Of a DNA stretch of 64,000 bases, positions 49,437-59,368 are shown one piece after another (the first letter of the stretch is position 1; each line of letters opens with the position of its first letter). The position numbers and the translations under genes are program-made. The notes below the pieces were generated by a model. The model did no database searches. It saw only the letters and a program-made list of their open reading frames with translations, and was not told the origin of the DNA. Origin of the DNA: Candidatus Dojkabacteria bacterium (GTDB lineage Bacteria; Patescibacteriota; Dojkabacteria; B142; WJKM01). Where the stretch lies: NCBI GenBank assembly GCA_014729085.1, contig WJKM01000011.1:234852-298851 (forward strand), read 5' to 3'.

Positions 49437-51356
49437 TTAATCCTCAATATTTATTTCAATCTTGCTATCTTTTTCTGGAACTTTTTTCATAAACTTTGGT
49501 AGGAAAAAAGGAGAAAATTGAATTTCATAGTTTTCTACCTTTTCATTAGAAGAAAGGGTAGTTCGTGCTTGGTCCAGATTTTTTCCTTTAATTGAGTTAA
49601 AAATTGAATTTGAATCTAAATCTACTTTGACATCGGTAGACTTTTTTAAATCAAAGGTTACAGAACCATTTTCGTGTAGTTGAACATTTTCTATACTTGC
49701 GGCGACATCAGAGTGGATATTCTCATCCTCTTCGATTCCAAGCTGCGATGTGATCAAGAGGTCGGCAAACTGGTCTAGATCCTTTTGGTCTACTATTAGT
49801 ACAGATATTTCTAGTTCATAATTAACAACGTCGAAACTTTCAGCTTCAGTTCCGACTTCTGGGTTTACGGTAAATGCAATTTCATTGAAGTTCTCGCTAC
49901 CGGGAATCAAAACATCATCTCCCGAAAGTAGGTTGTTAATATCACTTTTAAGTAGTGTTCTTAAGGTTTCATCCATTGATGCTTTAGCTTTATTTACATC
50001 CTCTTCTGAAACGAAATTTATTTGTTTCGAGCTTCCACCTTCTGTACTTCTGTATATTCGCCCGGATAATTCTTGTATTGTATTATAACCACTGATTTTT
50101 ACATCTGTTGCCGAAATATTGTATTGTTCACCATGGCTTTCTGCGACTATTGGTGCATTTTCGTAAGTACTCGGGGTAAATTCGCTTATCCTTGGGGGAA
50201 TAGTAACTGTATCATCAAGCTTGAAATTCAAATTGGAATTTATTGTAGTTATTATGTGTCCCTGTTGCAGGGTAATTTCATTTTCTGTTTTATTGTAAAA
50301 ATCCACAACGCCCCTAGCTCTTTCTCCGGTTTCCTTGGTTTGAGTAGTTGTAAATGTGTCAGAAGTTGATCTGCTTTTAGTAAGTTTACGTAAAGGGATT
50401 TGTTTTTGGTCCAGGTTTACTTCGGATATATCTTCAGAGGCTGAAATAGTCTCGGATACCGATACTGATTCTGTTCTTGGTGTAACCGATACATTAGCTT
50501 TGGTAAGGGTTTTCAAAAGAAAGAATAAAATAACAAGGCCTAAGATACCAATTATGATTGGTTTAATTAGCCCTCCAGTAGTTATTTTTTTTATAAATGA
50601 TCTTAGAGTTTTACTTATCCCTATCCCTTTTTTTTTAAAAGATTTATGCGGATGTGATTTTGTTTTTCTTAAAGGAAAGTCACTCCTGACTGATCTCATA
50701 TCCTTTCCAATAAACGAGGTATGAGATTTGTCCTTGGATGTCAATTTAGTTCTTCTACGAGGCTTTTTTTTCGGTTTTTGTGATGCAAATTTGGTTTCTT
50801 CTTTTATATCTCCTCCAGCCATGACCTCGAAACCACCAATGCTAACTAGTTTAGGTTTGAGCCTTACAGGTTTTTTGATTAATGCCTGCGTTTCTTTTTC
50901 CTCTGCATCATACTCCTGAGGAACAAGAGTTTTTTCTTTGTCTTGTTCCAGCAACTTTTTTTCGTTAGGTATTTTTGTAGATTCTTGCCGAGCGGAAATT
51001 AGTTTTTCTTTAATTTGTTCTCTTCGGTTCTTAAGCTCCTGGATGAGACTTTCAGCTTCATCCCAGGTGTTTTCATCTATTTCCTCAACTTTCTTTACAG
51101 CCTTTAGATTAGTGAGTTCAGATTTGCTTAGAGCCAATTGATTTTTGGTTACGAGAATAACTAGCTTATTTGAAGCGGCAATTTCTCTTGCAAGCAGCTT
51201 CATATTCGTTAAGCTGCTTGTAAGAATTGCATGCTCTGGAATAGTTAGAATTATTTTTTCTTTTTCCTCTTTTAATACGTTTTCAATGGTGAATACTATC
51301 TCCTCATTGAGGTCGACAAAAACTTTTTTTGCTTTTTCTTGCTTTTTATCTGGCAT
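49437..51356 (-). CDS. Large hypothetical bitopic membrane protein
   Basis: 639 aa. Cytoplasmic Lys-rich N-terminal ~260 aa, TM helix GLIKPIIIGILGLVILFFLL, extracytoplasmic C-terminal ~340 aa. Immediately downstream of the FtsA-like gene. Confidence 0.45.
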   Translation of the reverse strand: MPDKKQEKAKKVFVDLNEEIVFTIENVLKEEKEKIILTIPEHAILTSSLTNMKLLAREIAASNKLVILVTKNQLALSKSELTNLKAVKKVEEIDENTWDEAESLIQELKNRREQIKEKLISARQESTKIPNEKKLLEQDKEKTLVPQEYDAEEKETQALIKKPVRLKPKLVSIGGFEVMAGGDIKEETKFASQKPKKKPRRRTKLTSKDKSHTSFIGKDMRSVRSDFPLRKTKSHPHKSFKKKGIGISKTLRSFIKKITTGGLIKPIIIGILGLVILFFLLKTLTKANVSVTPRTESVSVSETISASEDISEVNLDQKQIPLRKLTKSRSTSDTFTTTQTKETGERARGVVDFYNKTENEITLQQGHIITTINSNLNFKLDDTVTIPPRISEFTPSTYENAPIVAESHGEQYNISATDVKISGYNTIQELSGRIYRSTEGGSSKQINFVSEEDVNKAKASMDETLRTLLKSDINNLLSGDDVLIPGSENFNEIAFTVNPEVGTEAESFDVVNYELEISVLIVDQKDLDQFADLLITSQLGIEEDENIHSDVAASIENVQLHENGSVTFDLKKSTDVKVDLDSNSIFNSIKGKNLDQARTTLSSNEKVENYEIQFSPFFLPKFMKKVPEKDSKIEINIED

Positions 51357-51367
51357 GTTTTAGTTGA

Positions 51368-52624
51368 TTATTTGTTTAACAGTAAATCCTTAGCTGGCTT
51401 AATTGAAATACTTGTAAGCGCAGCTGGCACGACATCATGAGTTGTATGCATAAGGCCTGTTTCATCATTAATATTGGCTATTTGTTTTGGATACATATGT
51501 TTAACATTCGGAAATTTCCCAAACGGTAAAACAGTTAGCCAAGGATATGAAATTAGGGCGTCGTACATTTCGGGGAGTTCAGAACCCCCTCCGCTAATTA
51601 AAATTTCAGCCGGAAACTCTTCTACCTCTTCGAATTCTGCTAGCGAGATTTCTATGCCTTCTGCCCAAAGTCTTGAGTCATCCTCTAATATTTTTTTTAT
51701 TTTTTTTTCAGTTGTTCCTTGTAGCTTTTTGTTTGAATAATCTAATTTCATTTTTTCTGCCTTTTCTAGCTCCAAGTTCATATCTTTTGCTAGTCTCCTG
51801 GTAAAAACCCTTCCGCCAAATGCGATCATTTTAGTACCAACTATACCCCCATCTTGTACAATGGCAATATCTGTAGTTCCTCCACCAATATCAATGAATA
51901 TAGAAGAAAAGTCGGATTTGTGCGCCCCCTTGTATGATTTTGAAATTGCGTAAGGTTGTACATCTATTGTCAAGACTTTGAGTTCAAGTCGTTTTGCAAC
52001 TTCGTATAAAGAGTTGACATGCAGAGAAGGGGCAAAGGTGGAGTATACTCGATAAGTTACTTCCTCACCTGTAAAGCCGATTGGATTATCTACTTTTATT
52101 CCATCAATATAAGTTGAATTTATATGACTGTTAATTTCCTTTATTTTTTTAGAATTGATGCCAATTTCCTCAGCAATATCTTCCACAGAGTCACTGAAGG
52201 CTTGGTCTTTAATGTTTTTTACAACTTCTTGTATTTCTTCATCTGTTATTTGCATTTCCGGGTCCTCTCGTTCATAGTTTGCCACAATACAAACTCCTTT
52301 TACAATTTCGCCAGCTATTCCCAACGTAACATAATCCGGAAGAGGACATTTGGAGCCGAGTACTTTATCTGCAACCACTAAGGCTCGGCCAATTCCAATA
52401 TCGCAGGTTGAGACTACATTATCTATGTTGATAACCATAGCACCCTCCATAGCTTTACTATGTTGAGGAATCCTTGAATATCCAATGACATTTGCTGTGT
52501 CATTCTCTACTTTATATATAACGGATTTTACATATTCTGTACCAATGTCTAATGCAAGAAAAACGGGGTCTTCTTCTAAATCAAGATTTTTCGATTTCTT
52601 TTTGTTCAGGAATGGTATTTTCAT
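51368..52624 (-). CDS. Actin-like ATPase of the FtsA/PilM/EutJ (ASKHA) type, most like FtsA
   Basis: LALDIGTEYVKSV (phosphate 1), FIDIGGGTTDIAIVQDGG (phosphate 2), ISGGGSELP (adenosine motif). Length and insertion pattern resemble FtsA. Confidence 0.5.
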   Translation of the reverse strand: MKIPFLNKKKSKNLDLEEDPVFLALDIGTEYVKSVIYKVENDTANVIGYSRIPQHSKAMEGAMVINIDNVVSTCDIGIGRALVVADKVLGSKCPLPDYVTLGIAGEIVKGVCIVANYEREDPEMQITDEEIQEVVKNIKDQAFSDSVEDIAEEIGINSKKIKEINSHINSTYIDGIKVDNPIGFTGEEVTYRVYSTFAPSLHVNSLYEVAKRLELKVLTIDVQPYAISKSYKGAHKSDFSSIFIDIGGGTTDIAIVQDGGIVGTKMIAFGGRVFTRRLAKDMNLELEKAEKMKLDYSNKKLQGTTEKKIKKILEDDSRLWAEGIEISLAEFEEVEEFPAEILISGGGSELPEMYDALISYPWLTVLPFGKFPNVKHMYPKQIANINDETGLMHTTHDVVPAALTSISIKPAKDLLLNK

Positions 52625-52900
52625 TTTTATTTATGATCCTAGATTATGAAGGCTTTTAAATTATATTGTAAGTATATTTTAAACTAGATATTTTATTGTG
52701 CATTGATTATACAATTATATCCTTTTACAGATTAGCATTTGGTAAAAATATAGTAAAGTTGGGTTTAAATTTTGACAGCAAAGTTTTTTATTCAGTTTAT
52801 ATACGTAGTAAGTCCCATAGTGTGTTATAATTGTTGTGAATTAATAAAATTGATAGTTAGTTTGATAAATTAGAAATTTTTTATAGTATTTACAAATTAC

Positions 52901-53941
52901 ATGCAAGAGGAAGTATCAAATGTACCAGGTAGAGTTGAGTCTTTAACAGAAACTTTATCTGAAAAGAATAAAGAATGGGTTTTAGGACAGTACAGTTATA
53001 TGAATGAAACTGTGACTAAAAATGCACATGGCCGCGAACCAAGCATTCTATACACTTTAGCGGTACCAATTATGTTTAAGCAAGCTTGTAAGGATTATTT
53101 AACAACTCATTCATTACGAAAATCGCCTGATTTTATAACACAAGAATGTATAGACTCGACCCTTGCGGTACTTCTCGTTGACGAGCTGATCGAATCAGAA
53201 CTTGAAAGAGGGATAATACCAGACCCCGAAACTATCGTAGCAAGTTCTTTGAGAAATTTTGGAGATAAACCAAAAACACAAGTTCCCAATCTTAAAAATA
53301 GCCTTGAATTGTCTGCTCATTCTATGTTGTTTGAGGACTATTTTGTTAGAGAGACCGAACGAGGAGATGTTGATTTAAGTAGCTTTGAGGAAAATATGAT
53401 AATATCCGGATCTCTGCATGTGATTTTCGATATATTGGATCAACATTTTGATGTATCTACTGAATCCGAATCGGTCTACAAACTTTGCAAAGCCTTTAGG
53501 TATCTTTGTGAAATTGGTTCACATGGTAAGGACAGAAAGGAACTTCTTGAAGGTACAGGGGAGAAGTCACCTTTTGGTAATTTAATTAATGCAAGAGCAT
53601 ATAGACTTTCCCGTGAAAGTGGGCGGAATCGTATAGATTCTGAATCTGTTTTAAAAGCAGAAAATTATTACAAACAAGAATACGAACGTATAATGTATGA
53701 GTTAGAAAGTAATTTGGAATTCTCTCCATCTCTAGAAATTTTAACGAATTTTGTACATCAATTTAGTCTTCTGACTTTGGGTGAAGAGACCATGAACTTC
53801 GAAGAGGGATTGGAGGAGAATATTGCAGGATTTTATAGTAATTTAAATCAGGTTGTGGAACGGTTTAACAAAGATAAACCTGGAGAATTTGAAGCTCTCA
53901 ACCGATATTTAGAGGAGGAACAATCTGAATTCGCCTATTAA
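52901..53941 (+). CDS. Hypothetical acidic protein
   Basis: 346-aa ORF, no recognisable domain. Confidence 0.4.
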   Translation: MQEEVSNVPGRVESLTETLSEKNKEWVLGQYSYMNETVTKNAHGREPSILYTLAVPIMFKQACKDYLTTHSLRKSPDFITQECIDSTLAVLLVDELIESELERGIIPDPETIVASSLRNFGDKPKTQVPNLKNSLELSAHSMLFEDYFVRETERGDVDLSSFEENMIISGSLHVIFDILDQHFDVSTESESVYKLCKAFRYLCEIGSHGKDRKELLEGTGEKSPFGNLINARAYRLSRESGRNRIDSESVLKAENYYKQEYERIMYELESNLEFSPSLEILTNFVHQFSLLTLGEETMNFEEGLEENIAGFYSNLNQVVERFNKDKPGEFEALNRYLEEEQSEFAY

Positions 53942-53945
53942 CAAG

Positions 53946-54638
53946 TTATTGATTTCTAATGTGTACTTTTTCCCCAGGAAAGATTAAATCCGGATTGTCT
54001 CTGAATTGTGGGTTTAAGTTTAACAGTGCTTCTAAAGTCATTCCCGACCTTTGTGCAATAGAAGAAAGTGTATCTCCTGAAACAACTTCATATACTCCGG
54101 TAGACGAAGCCTCTTCCATGGAATTTAAAGCTTGTTGTTCATGAATCTGGGATGCAGAAGTTCGTGCTGCTTGTTCATTTGGGATTGTTAGAGTCTGACC
54201 TGGCTGTATTACATTGGTATCCAGATTATTTTCTTGCATAATAGCAGTATAATACAGTGCATGTTGGTCGCCGTAATATTGTTTTGCGATATCCCAAAGT
54301 GTATCTCCCTCTTGTACATTATGTGTACCACCACCAAATATTTCTTCATTTTCAATCAAACCGATATCTCCAGGTAGCATAGGGCTCCATTCTGCAGGTA
54401 GGGAAGTTTGCGATTCGGGTGACCTGCCGGGCATTCCAGGTAGAGAATATGTTCCTGCTGGAGAATGATCATCGTCATCTTTCCAGGGCATTTCAATATC
54501 AAGGATTACCCCATCCAAACTACCATCCATTACATCCAAGCCCATTAATGCACAGGCCCCAACAGCACCAACTTTTAAGATGCTTTCGGCTGTTTTTAAT
54601 AAAGAAGATTCATTTTGGTTTGGTTCGGTTTCTGTCAA
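53946..54638 (-). CDS. LysM-domain protein (two LysM repeats)
   Basis: HNVQEGDTLWDIAKQYYGDQHALYYTAIMQENNL...IQPGQTLTIP and YEVVSGDTLSSIAQRSGMTLEALLNLNP...IFPGEKVHI are LysM motifs. N-terminal hydrophobic segment. Confidence 0.65.
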   Translation of the reverse strand: MTETEPNQNESSLLKTAESILKVGAVGACALMGLDVMDGSLDGVILDIEMPWKDDDDHSPAGTYSLPGMPGRSPESQTSLPAEWSPMLPGDIGLIENEEIFGGGTHNVQEGDTLWDIAKQYYGDQHALYYTAIMQENNLDTNVIQPGQTLTIPNEQAARTSASQIHEQQALNSMEEASSTGVYEVVSGDTLSSIAQRSGMTLEALLNLNPQFRDNPDLIFPGEKVHIRNQ

Positions 54639-54838
54639 AAGTGTTTTATTAATAGCTACTAATACTTTACAGTTAATTCAGGTAGAAAACAAGAGGGTTC
54701 CATAGTCCGGGTTCCTATTTGGAGAACAAATTATGTAGATTTATTCACAACAAACCTATAATATTGAATCTTTTGTTGTAAAGTTATATAATTACTTAAT
54801 ATTTCTTAAAATAGATAAATGGAAAATTATCCTTTGTA

Positions 54839-55174
54839 TTGTTATCCAAACCATTCAGCAATGCAACCAGAAGGCGCAACTCAATGGAGAGAACCAACCA
54901 TAACTGTGTAGGAGAGTTAAATTGTAGAGCTTTATGCAATGGTCGTTGTACTGATACTTTGCCCCCAAGGCCAGATATAGATAACTTACCCCCTCTATGT
55001 CCAGTGGAGACATGGATTCAAGGTAACATTCCTTTTGCAGAAGGGACACCTCCACAGAGGATGGTTAACTTACTTGAATTGATTGAACTTCTAGAAAGAG
55101 TAGGGAGAGTAGATGGGATTCCTAATGTTTTGCCTTTATTTGGAGGTAAGAGAGTCATTTACCCTAAAGGATAG
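54839..55174 (+). CDS. Hypothetical Cys-rich protein
   Basis: 111 aa containing NHNCVGELNCRALCNGRCTD. An overlapping minus-strand ORF (54855..55055) is an alternative reading, so coding status is uncertain. Confidence 0.25.
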   Translation: MLSKPFSNATRRRNSMERTNHNCVGELNCRALCNGRCTDTLPPRPDIDNLPPLCPVETWIQGNIPFAEGTPPQRMVNLLELIELLERVGRVDGIPNVLPLFGGKRVIYPKG

Positions 55175-55304
55175 TTCATAGTTGAGAAATAAAAAATATA
55201 TCTTAATCTAGAGGTTATTTTAGGTTAGATTTATTGCATAGATTTTATTTAATTGTTCTTCTTAGATTCATTCCAGATTTCGCTATATTTTGATGTATAA
55301 TTAG

Positions 55305-56465
55305 GTGATTTTAATGGATACCAATATGACTCAGACCCAAAAGGCAATATATGCATTTTCAGGAGATCCAATTACATATGGACATATCGACATTATTAAA
55401 CGGGCAGCAAAGGTTTTTGATGCGCTTGTAGTAGCAATTGGTACAAATCCAGAAAAGAAGTACACTTTTTCCATTAAGGAAAGAGTTGAAATGGCAACGA
55501 AATCAGTTGGCGATTTGGATAATGTCAAAGTTGTTTCATTCAGTGGAACTTTGGTGGATTATGCTTACGAAAATTCCATATCTTTGGTCATTAAAGGGAT
55601 CAGAGATGAGCAGGATTTTAACTATGAACTTGCTCTTCATCAAATAGGGGAAAGCCAGAAATTGGGGATAGATACTTTCTTTATTCCGGCCAAACAGAAT
55701 AAGACCCACATCAGTTCGAGTGCTGTAAAAGCGTTACAGCAGGAGCATGGAATGGTTCATGATTATGTTACTCCTTTTGTAAAACAAAAGCTTGAGGCGA
55801 AGCTTTCGAATCAATATTTTGTTGGGGTAACTGGTGAAATAGCGGTTGGAAAAACTTATGTTTGTGAGAAGTTTAAGGAGATAGGAAAAAAGAAAAGAAT
55901 TGAAGTTCATAATATTGAACTTGATAAATTAGGACATCAGATTTTAGAAGACTTAAAAGATCCATTGTATATAGAAGTAAGAGGAAAGATCTTGTCGCAT
56001 TTTGGGAAAGAGGTAGAGTCTCGCAATGGCTTTATTGATAGGAAGAAATTAGGAAAGATAGTGTTTGCAAATCCAGAAGATCTGAATACATTAAATGATA
56101 TTATGCACGAAGCAATTTTAATGCGGGTAAGGAGAGAAGTTTATAATAAACAGGGTTTAATATTACTTAATGCTGCCTTATTTGCAGAATCAGGTATATT
56201 GTATCTTTGTAATAATAATATAGTGCTAGTGTCAGCGGAAAAGGAATTACAAAAGCAAAGATTAAAGGAAAGAGGTTTTTCTTCAGAACAAATTGAAAGA
56301 CGTTTGGTAAGCCAATTTACCACTAGTGAGAAAAGCAGAATACTCAGAGAACAGATAAAAGATAATAATTATGGAAAACTTTGGAAGGTGCAAAGCAAAA
56401 CTAAAGAAAATGAACAGGAACTTCAGGATATATTTGACGAGATAGTAAATTATTTCAGCATCTAG
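55305..56465 (+). CDS. Bifunctional phosphopantetheine adenylyltransferase / dephospho-CoA kinase (CoaD-CoaE fusion)
   Basis: N-terminal 165 aa resemble CoaD/PPAT (AIYAFSGDPITYGHIDIIKRA...ISSSAVKAL). C-terminal 200 aa resemble CoaE (YFVGVTGEIAVGKTYV P-loop, ...IVFANPEDLNTLNDIMHEAIL..., LLNAALFAESG). Confidence 0.65.
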   Translation: MILMDTNMTQTQKAIYAFSGDPITYGHIDIIKRAAKVFDALVVAIGTNPEKKYTFSIKERVEMATKSVGDLDNVKVVSFSGTLVDYAYENSISLVIKGIRDEQDFNYELALHQIGESQKLGIDTFFIPAKQNKTHISSSAVKALQQEHGMVHDYVTPFVKQKLEAKLSNQYFVGVTGEIAVGKTYVCEKFKEIGKKKRIEVHNIELDKLGHQILEDLKDPLYIEVRGKILSHFGKEVESRNGFIDRKKLGKIVFANPEDLNTLNDIMHEAILMRVRREVYNKQGLILLNAALFAESGILYLCNNNIVLVSAEKELQKQRLKERGFSSEQIERRLVSQFTTSEKSRILREQIKDNNYGKLWKVQSKTKENEQELQDIFDEIVNYFSI

Positions 56466-56470
56466 ATCCG

Positions 56471-56935
56471 ATGACAGCTGAACAATTGACATCCTTACAA
56501 TCTCTGAGATATGAGACAGTGGTACCAGTTAATTCGAATAATTATAACGTTCCGATTGCAGGTACTTTTTCTACAGCTCCAAGTTATGCTTTTATCATTC
56601 CAGAAACAGAAGGAAGCGTTAGAATTCGTTTTGAAGATAATCCTTGGTACAATACCCCCCAATCTTACGGTGTATGGACAGGATGGGGTTGGGATTCAAG
56701 GAGAGGGGCAAGTCCAGAATCAGCCGAATTTTTAGTAAGGAGAGGAAACATTGCAAAGGTAATAACATCTAGTATCGGACCCCTGGTTGCTGATTTATTG
56801 CTTCGTTCAGGAACCGAAATTGAATATGTCCCATGGGACACAACTCTGGGAGATCTCTTAGAAGAAGTCGAATATTGTGAAGAGGAGAGTGATACTAAGA
56901 ATGTGATCACTTTTTTGAAATTATATCCTTGTTAA
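56471..56935 (+). CDS. Hypothetical protein
   Basis: 154-aa ORF starting 6 nt after coaDE. Confidence 0.4.
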   Translation: MTAEQLTSLQSLRYETVVPVNSNNYNVPIAGTFSTAPSYAFIIPETEGSVRIRFEDNPWYNTPQSYGVWTGWGWDSRRGASPESAEFLVRRGNIAKVITSSIGPLVADLLLRSGTEIEYVPWDTTLGDLLEEVEYCEEESDTKNVITFLKLYPC

Positions 56936-57227
56936 TAAGCGGAAAGTACAGTTGAGGGCTTTTTATATTCATTGATTTTGTGTATATTAATAACAATTAA
57001 TTCAGATTGTTATTAATGAAACAAGATCTACTTTTGAAAAACGTAGAAGCTTATATCCCGGAATCGGATGAGAATCGTCTTCCTCCAGAGGCGGTAATTG
57101 AATTGATAAAGAATATAAAAGCAGTGAACGGTATTGGCAAAGCAATGGTATGTCTAAAACAATGGGCAGAACAAGACCAGAGATTTGCAAAATACTACGA
57201 AACTCTTTCAAAAAATAGTCCTTCAGA

Positions 57228-57431
57228 TTAGTCTTTGATGATAAATTTTCCTAGTACATAGAGGCATATACCAAGAATCACCATTATGATTCTAAGAACC
57301 CAACCAATGAATGGTCCAAAAAAATCCATCCACATAAGAATTATAAAATTCATGTTGAGAAAATATAGCACCATTGATAGTACACCATATAAAAACATAC
57401 CAAATCCAATGGTTTGAAGTTGATCTTTCAT
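57228..57431 (-). CDS. Small hydrophobic protein (2 TM)
   Basis: 67-aa ORF with two hydrophobic helices. Confidence 0.3.
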   Translation of the reverse strand: MKDQLQTIGFGMFLYGVLSMVLYFLNMNFIILMWMDFFGPFIGWVLRIIMVILGICLYVLGKFIIKD

Positions 57432-57487
57432 AGGAAATAAAAGTTAAAAATTAAAGATACAAAGTCATTATACCTAATGTTAAAGTC

Positions 57488-57522
57488 TAGGGACTAGGAC
57501 TTAGGGATTAGAACTTAGTATT
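57488..57522. repeat. Five tandem 7-bp repeats (TAGGGAC TAGGACT TAGGGAT TAGAACT TAGTATT)
   Basis: Seen directly in the intergenic DNA between two small membrane-protein ORFs. Confidence 0.5.
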
Positions 57523-57543
57523 AAGACTGCAGAGACACATTGT

Positions 57544-57759
57544 GTGAATTTGGAAAAATTTGTCAAAACATGTATTATATTGAGGTTAAATTTAATTACA
57601 AGTGAGAAAATGAATGGGTATGACACAATTATTCAATTTCTGCTTAAGGAACCAATAATTGGGGGACTTTTAGTTGTCGCAGTATTTTTAGGTATTTATT
57701 TCATATACTTAGGTTTTAGAGTCGCTCTTCTGCAGAGAAAGATTCAAAAAAATCAGTAA
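57544..57759 (+). CDS. Small membrane protein
   Basis: 71-aa ORF with one TM helix (IIGGLLVVAVFLGIYFIYLGF). Confidence 0.3.
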   Translation: MNLEKFVKTCIILRLNLITSEKMNGYDTIIQFLLKEPIIGGLLVVAVFLGIYFIYLGFRVALLQRKIQKNQ

Positions 57760-57766
57760 TTAAAGA

Positions 57767-58066
57767 TTATTGTTCAAGTATTATTCTTTTTTCAAATCCA
57801 CCTCTATTTTTCTTCTTGTTCATTCTTATTCGTTCAATATCTTTTAAATCGGTTCCAATTACTTTACTAAATTTAATTAATACTTCCAGGATATCGGCTA
57901 ATTCTTCAGGTTGGAAATCTTCAAAAAATTCATCTACTTCCTCAAGAAGTTTTTTCTTTAGTTCATTTTTAAATTCACGCTCTTTGGCGATATGAATTTT
58001 CGGTTCTTTTCCCGTTTCTCCCCTGATAATTTCAGGAATTTTATCTCTGACTAATTTTTGATTCAT
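57767..58066 (-). CDS. MazG-like nucleoside triphosphate pyrophosphohydrolase (small all-alpha NTP-PPase)
   Basis: KLVRDKIPEII near the N-terminus, the EExxE-type helix LLEEVDEFFED, and EELADILEVL, as in the YpjD/MazG-like housecleaning family. Confidence 0.55.
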   Translation of the reverse strand: MNQKLVRDKIPEIIRGETGKEPKIHIAKEREFKNELKKKLLEEVDEFFEDFQPEELADILEVLIKFSKVIGTDLKDIERIRMNKKKNRGGFEKRIILEQ

Positions 58067-58145
58067 TTTATTACAAAATAAGTTAAATAAATTAATTTGA
58101 TATAATATTCACCGTTATTTAATTTTAACAGAGACTTTTAATCAA

Positions 58146-58244
58146 TGAATAAGTCAAAAAAAGTAGCGAGAAAAAAAAGAAGAAGAACAAAAGCACGAAA
58201 AAAGGGCAAAAAGCTTAAAGTAAAAGTCGAATACAGGGGGTAAA
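58146..58244 (+). CDS. Possible very small basic protein (32 aa)
   Basis: MNKSKKVARKKRRRTKARKKGKKLKVKVEYRG; ribosomal-protein-like composition. Could equally be a non-coding A-rich spacer. Confidence 0.2.
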
Positions 58245-58284
58245 TTTATCAAGAATCTTGATATATAAATTTTATTCATGAAGA

Positions 58285-59247
58285 TTATTCAAGATTATCT
58301 TCTGGGTTGTCAAAGTTAAATGTATATATTTCTCTTAGAGAATATTTCAGAGAAAATAAAAGAGATGGAATCATATTTCGTAGTCTGAATCCATAAAATT
58401 TTTGTATTATCATTTTTTGTTCTTTAATTCTGAGCAGAGTGTACAGAATAGTAAGCACTAGGTGATATTTATACAATAACTTTTTTCTACTAATTTCCGG
58501 ATATTCCCACTTTAAAATTGTTCTATATGTTTTTTGCTTTTGTTCTCTCATTAACTTCTTGGCTTTAGTTTTGTGCTTGGGATGAGTAAAGAGTGTGTGG
58601 ATACCTGCTTGAATGTCATCTTGCATATCAACCCAATCATCCATATATTGGATATATGCACCAAGTTCAAATAAAGAGTTGAATTCAGCTTTTTTCATAC
58701 TTGGTTTTAAATGATGAATCAGTATAACCATTGTATATCCACCCTTTTTACGCGTTATTGATTGTAACTCCTCCAATGATATATTTTCATCTTTTTGGAA
58801 ACGACTCTTTTGTTGAGTATTATGGAGTTTTTGAAGAACCGCGTTAAATGAAGAATAAGTTTCATCTGGGATTCTATCTTTAATTTCTTTGAAAAGCTCA
58901 AGTGTTATGGTTTCAAGAGTGGTCTTAGGTACGAAGTCAGAGGTTTTCTTAAACATTAAATCCAAGCGATTTGGAGATATTTTCATATCGTCGATCAGAC
59001 TATCGTATGGAGAGATTAAAGCCGCAATTAAGGTTATTAGCTCTTTTTCCTTTCTAGTTAATCTATGATTTTTGAAATCTAAATAGTCATGTATAAAAGT
59101 TATCGGAATCATAATTGAGAGAAGTCTTGAAAAGGAAATAACATCTGATACTAATTTGTTTTTTGAATTTCTAGCTTTTAAAGCATTTTTCAGAAGTTTA
59201 TTCGATAGCCAGATTTGAGGAAAGAGTCTAACAAGAAAACGAAACAA
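58285..59247 (-). CDS. Hypothetical protein with isoprenoid-synthase-like Asp-rich motifs (squalene/phytoene-synthase-like?)
   Basis: ALISPYDSLIDDM and ELGAYIQYMDDWVDMQDDIQAG resemble the two Asp-rich motifs of class I isoprenoid synthases. Confidence 0.3.
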   Translation of the reverse strand: MFRFLVRLFPQIWLSNKLLKNALKARNSKNKLVSDVISFSRLLSIMIPITFIHDYLDFKNHRLTRKEKELITLIAALISPYDSLIDDMKISPNRLDLMFKKTSDFVPKTTLETITLELFKEIKDRIPDETYSSFNAVLQKLHNTQQKSRFQKDENISLEELQSITRKKGGYTMVILIHHLKPSMKKAEFNSLFELGAYIQYMDDWVDMQDDIQAGIHTLFTHPKHKTKAKKLMREQKQKTYRTILKWEYPEISRKKLLYKYHLVLTILYTLLRIKEQKMIIQKFYGFRLRNMIPSLLFSLKYSLREIYTFNFDNPEDNLE

Positions 59248-59368
59248 ATATTTTATTAACCTAATAAGATTGTGAACACCTCTTATGTTTAGTTTTACCG
59301 CTTTAGTGATTTTGTAAATGATATTATCTTAGATTGATTTAAATCAATATTGAACTATATTTATAATT

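Noticed and set aside
49885-51363. Series of small plus-strand ORFs (63-122 aa) opposite gene 49437..51356
   Set aside because: They tile the antisense strand of one long minus-strand ORF; hydrophobic low-complexity translations.
54855-55055. 66-aa minus-strand ORF overlapping 54839..55174
   Set aside because: Less protein-like than the plus-strand Cys-rich ORF; kept only as a caveat on that call.
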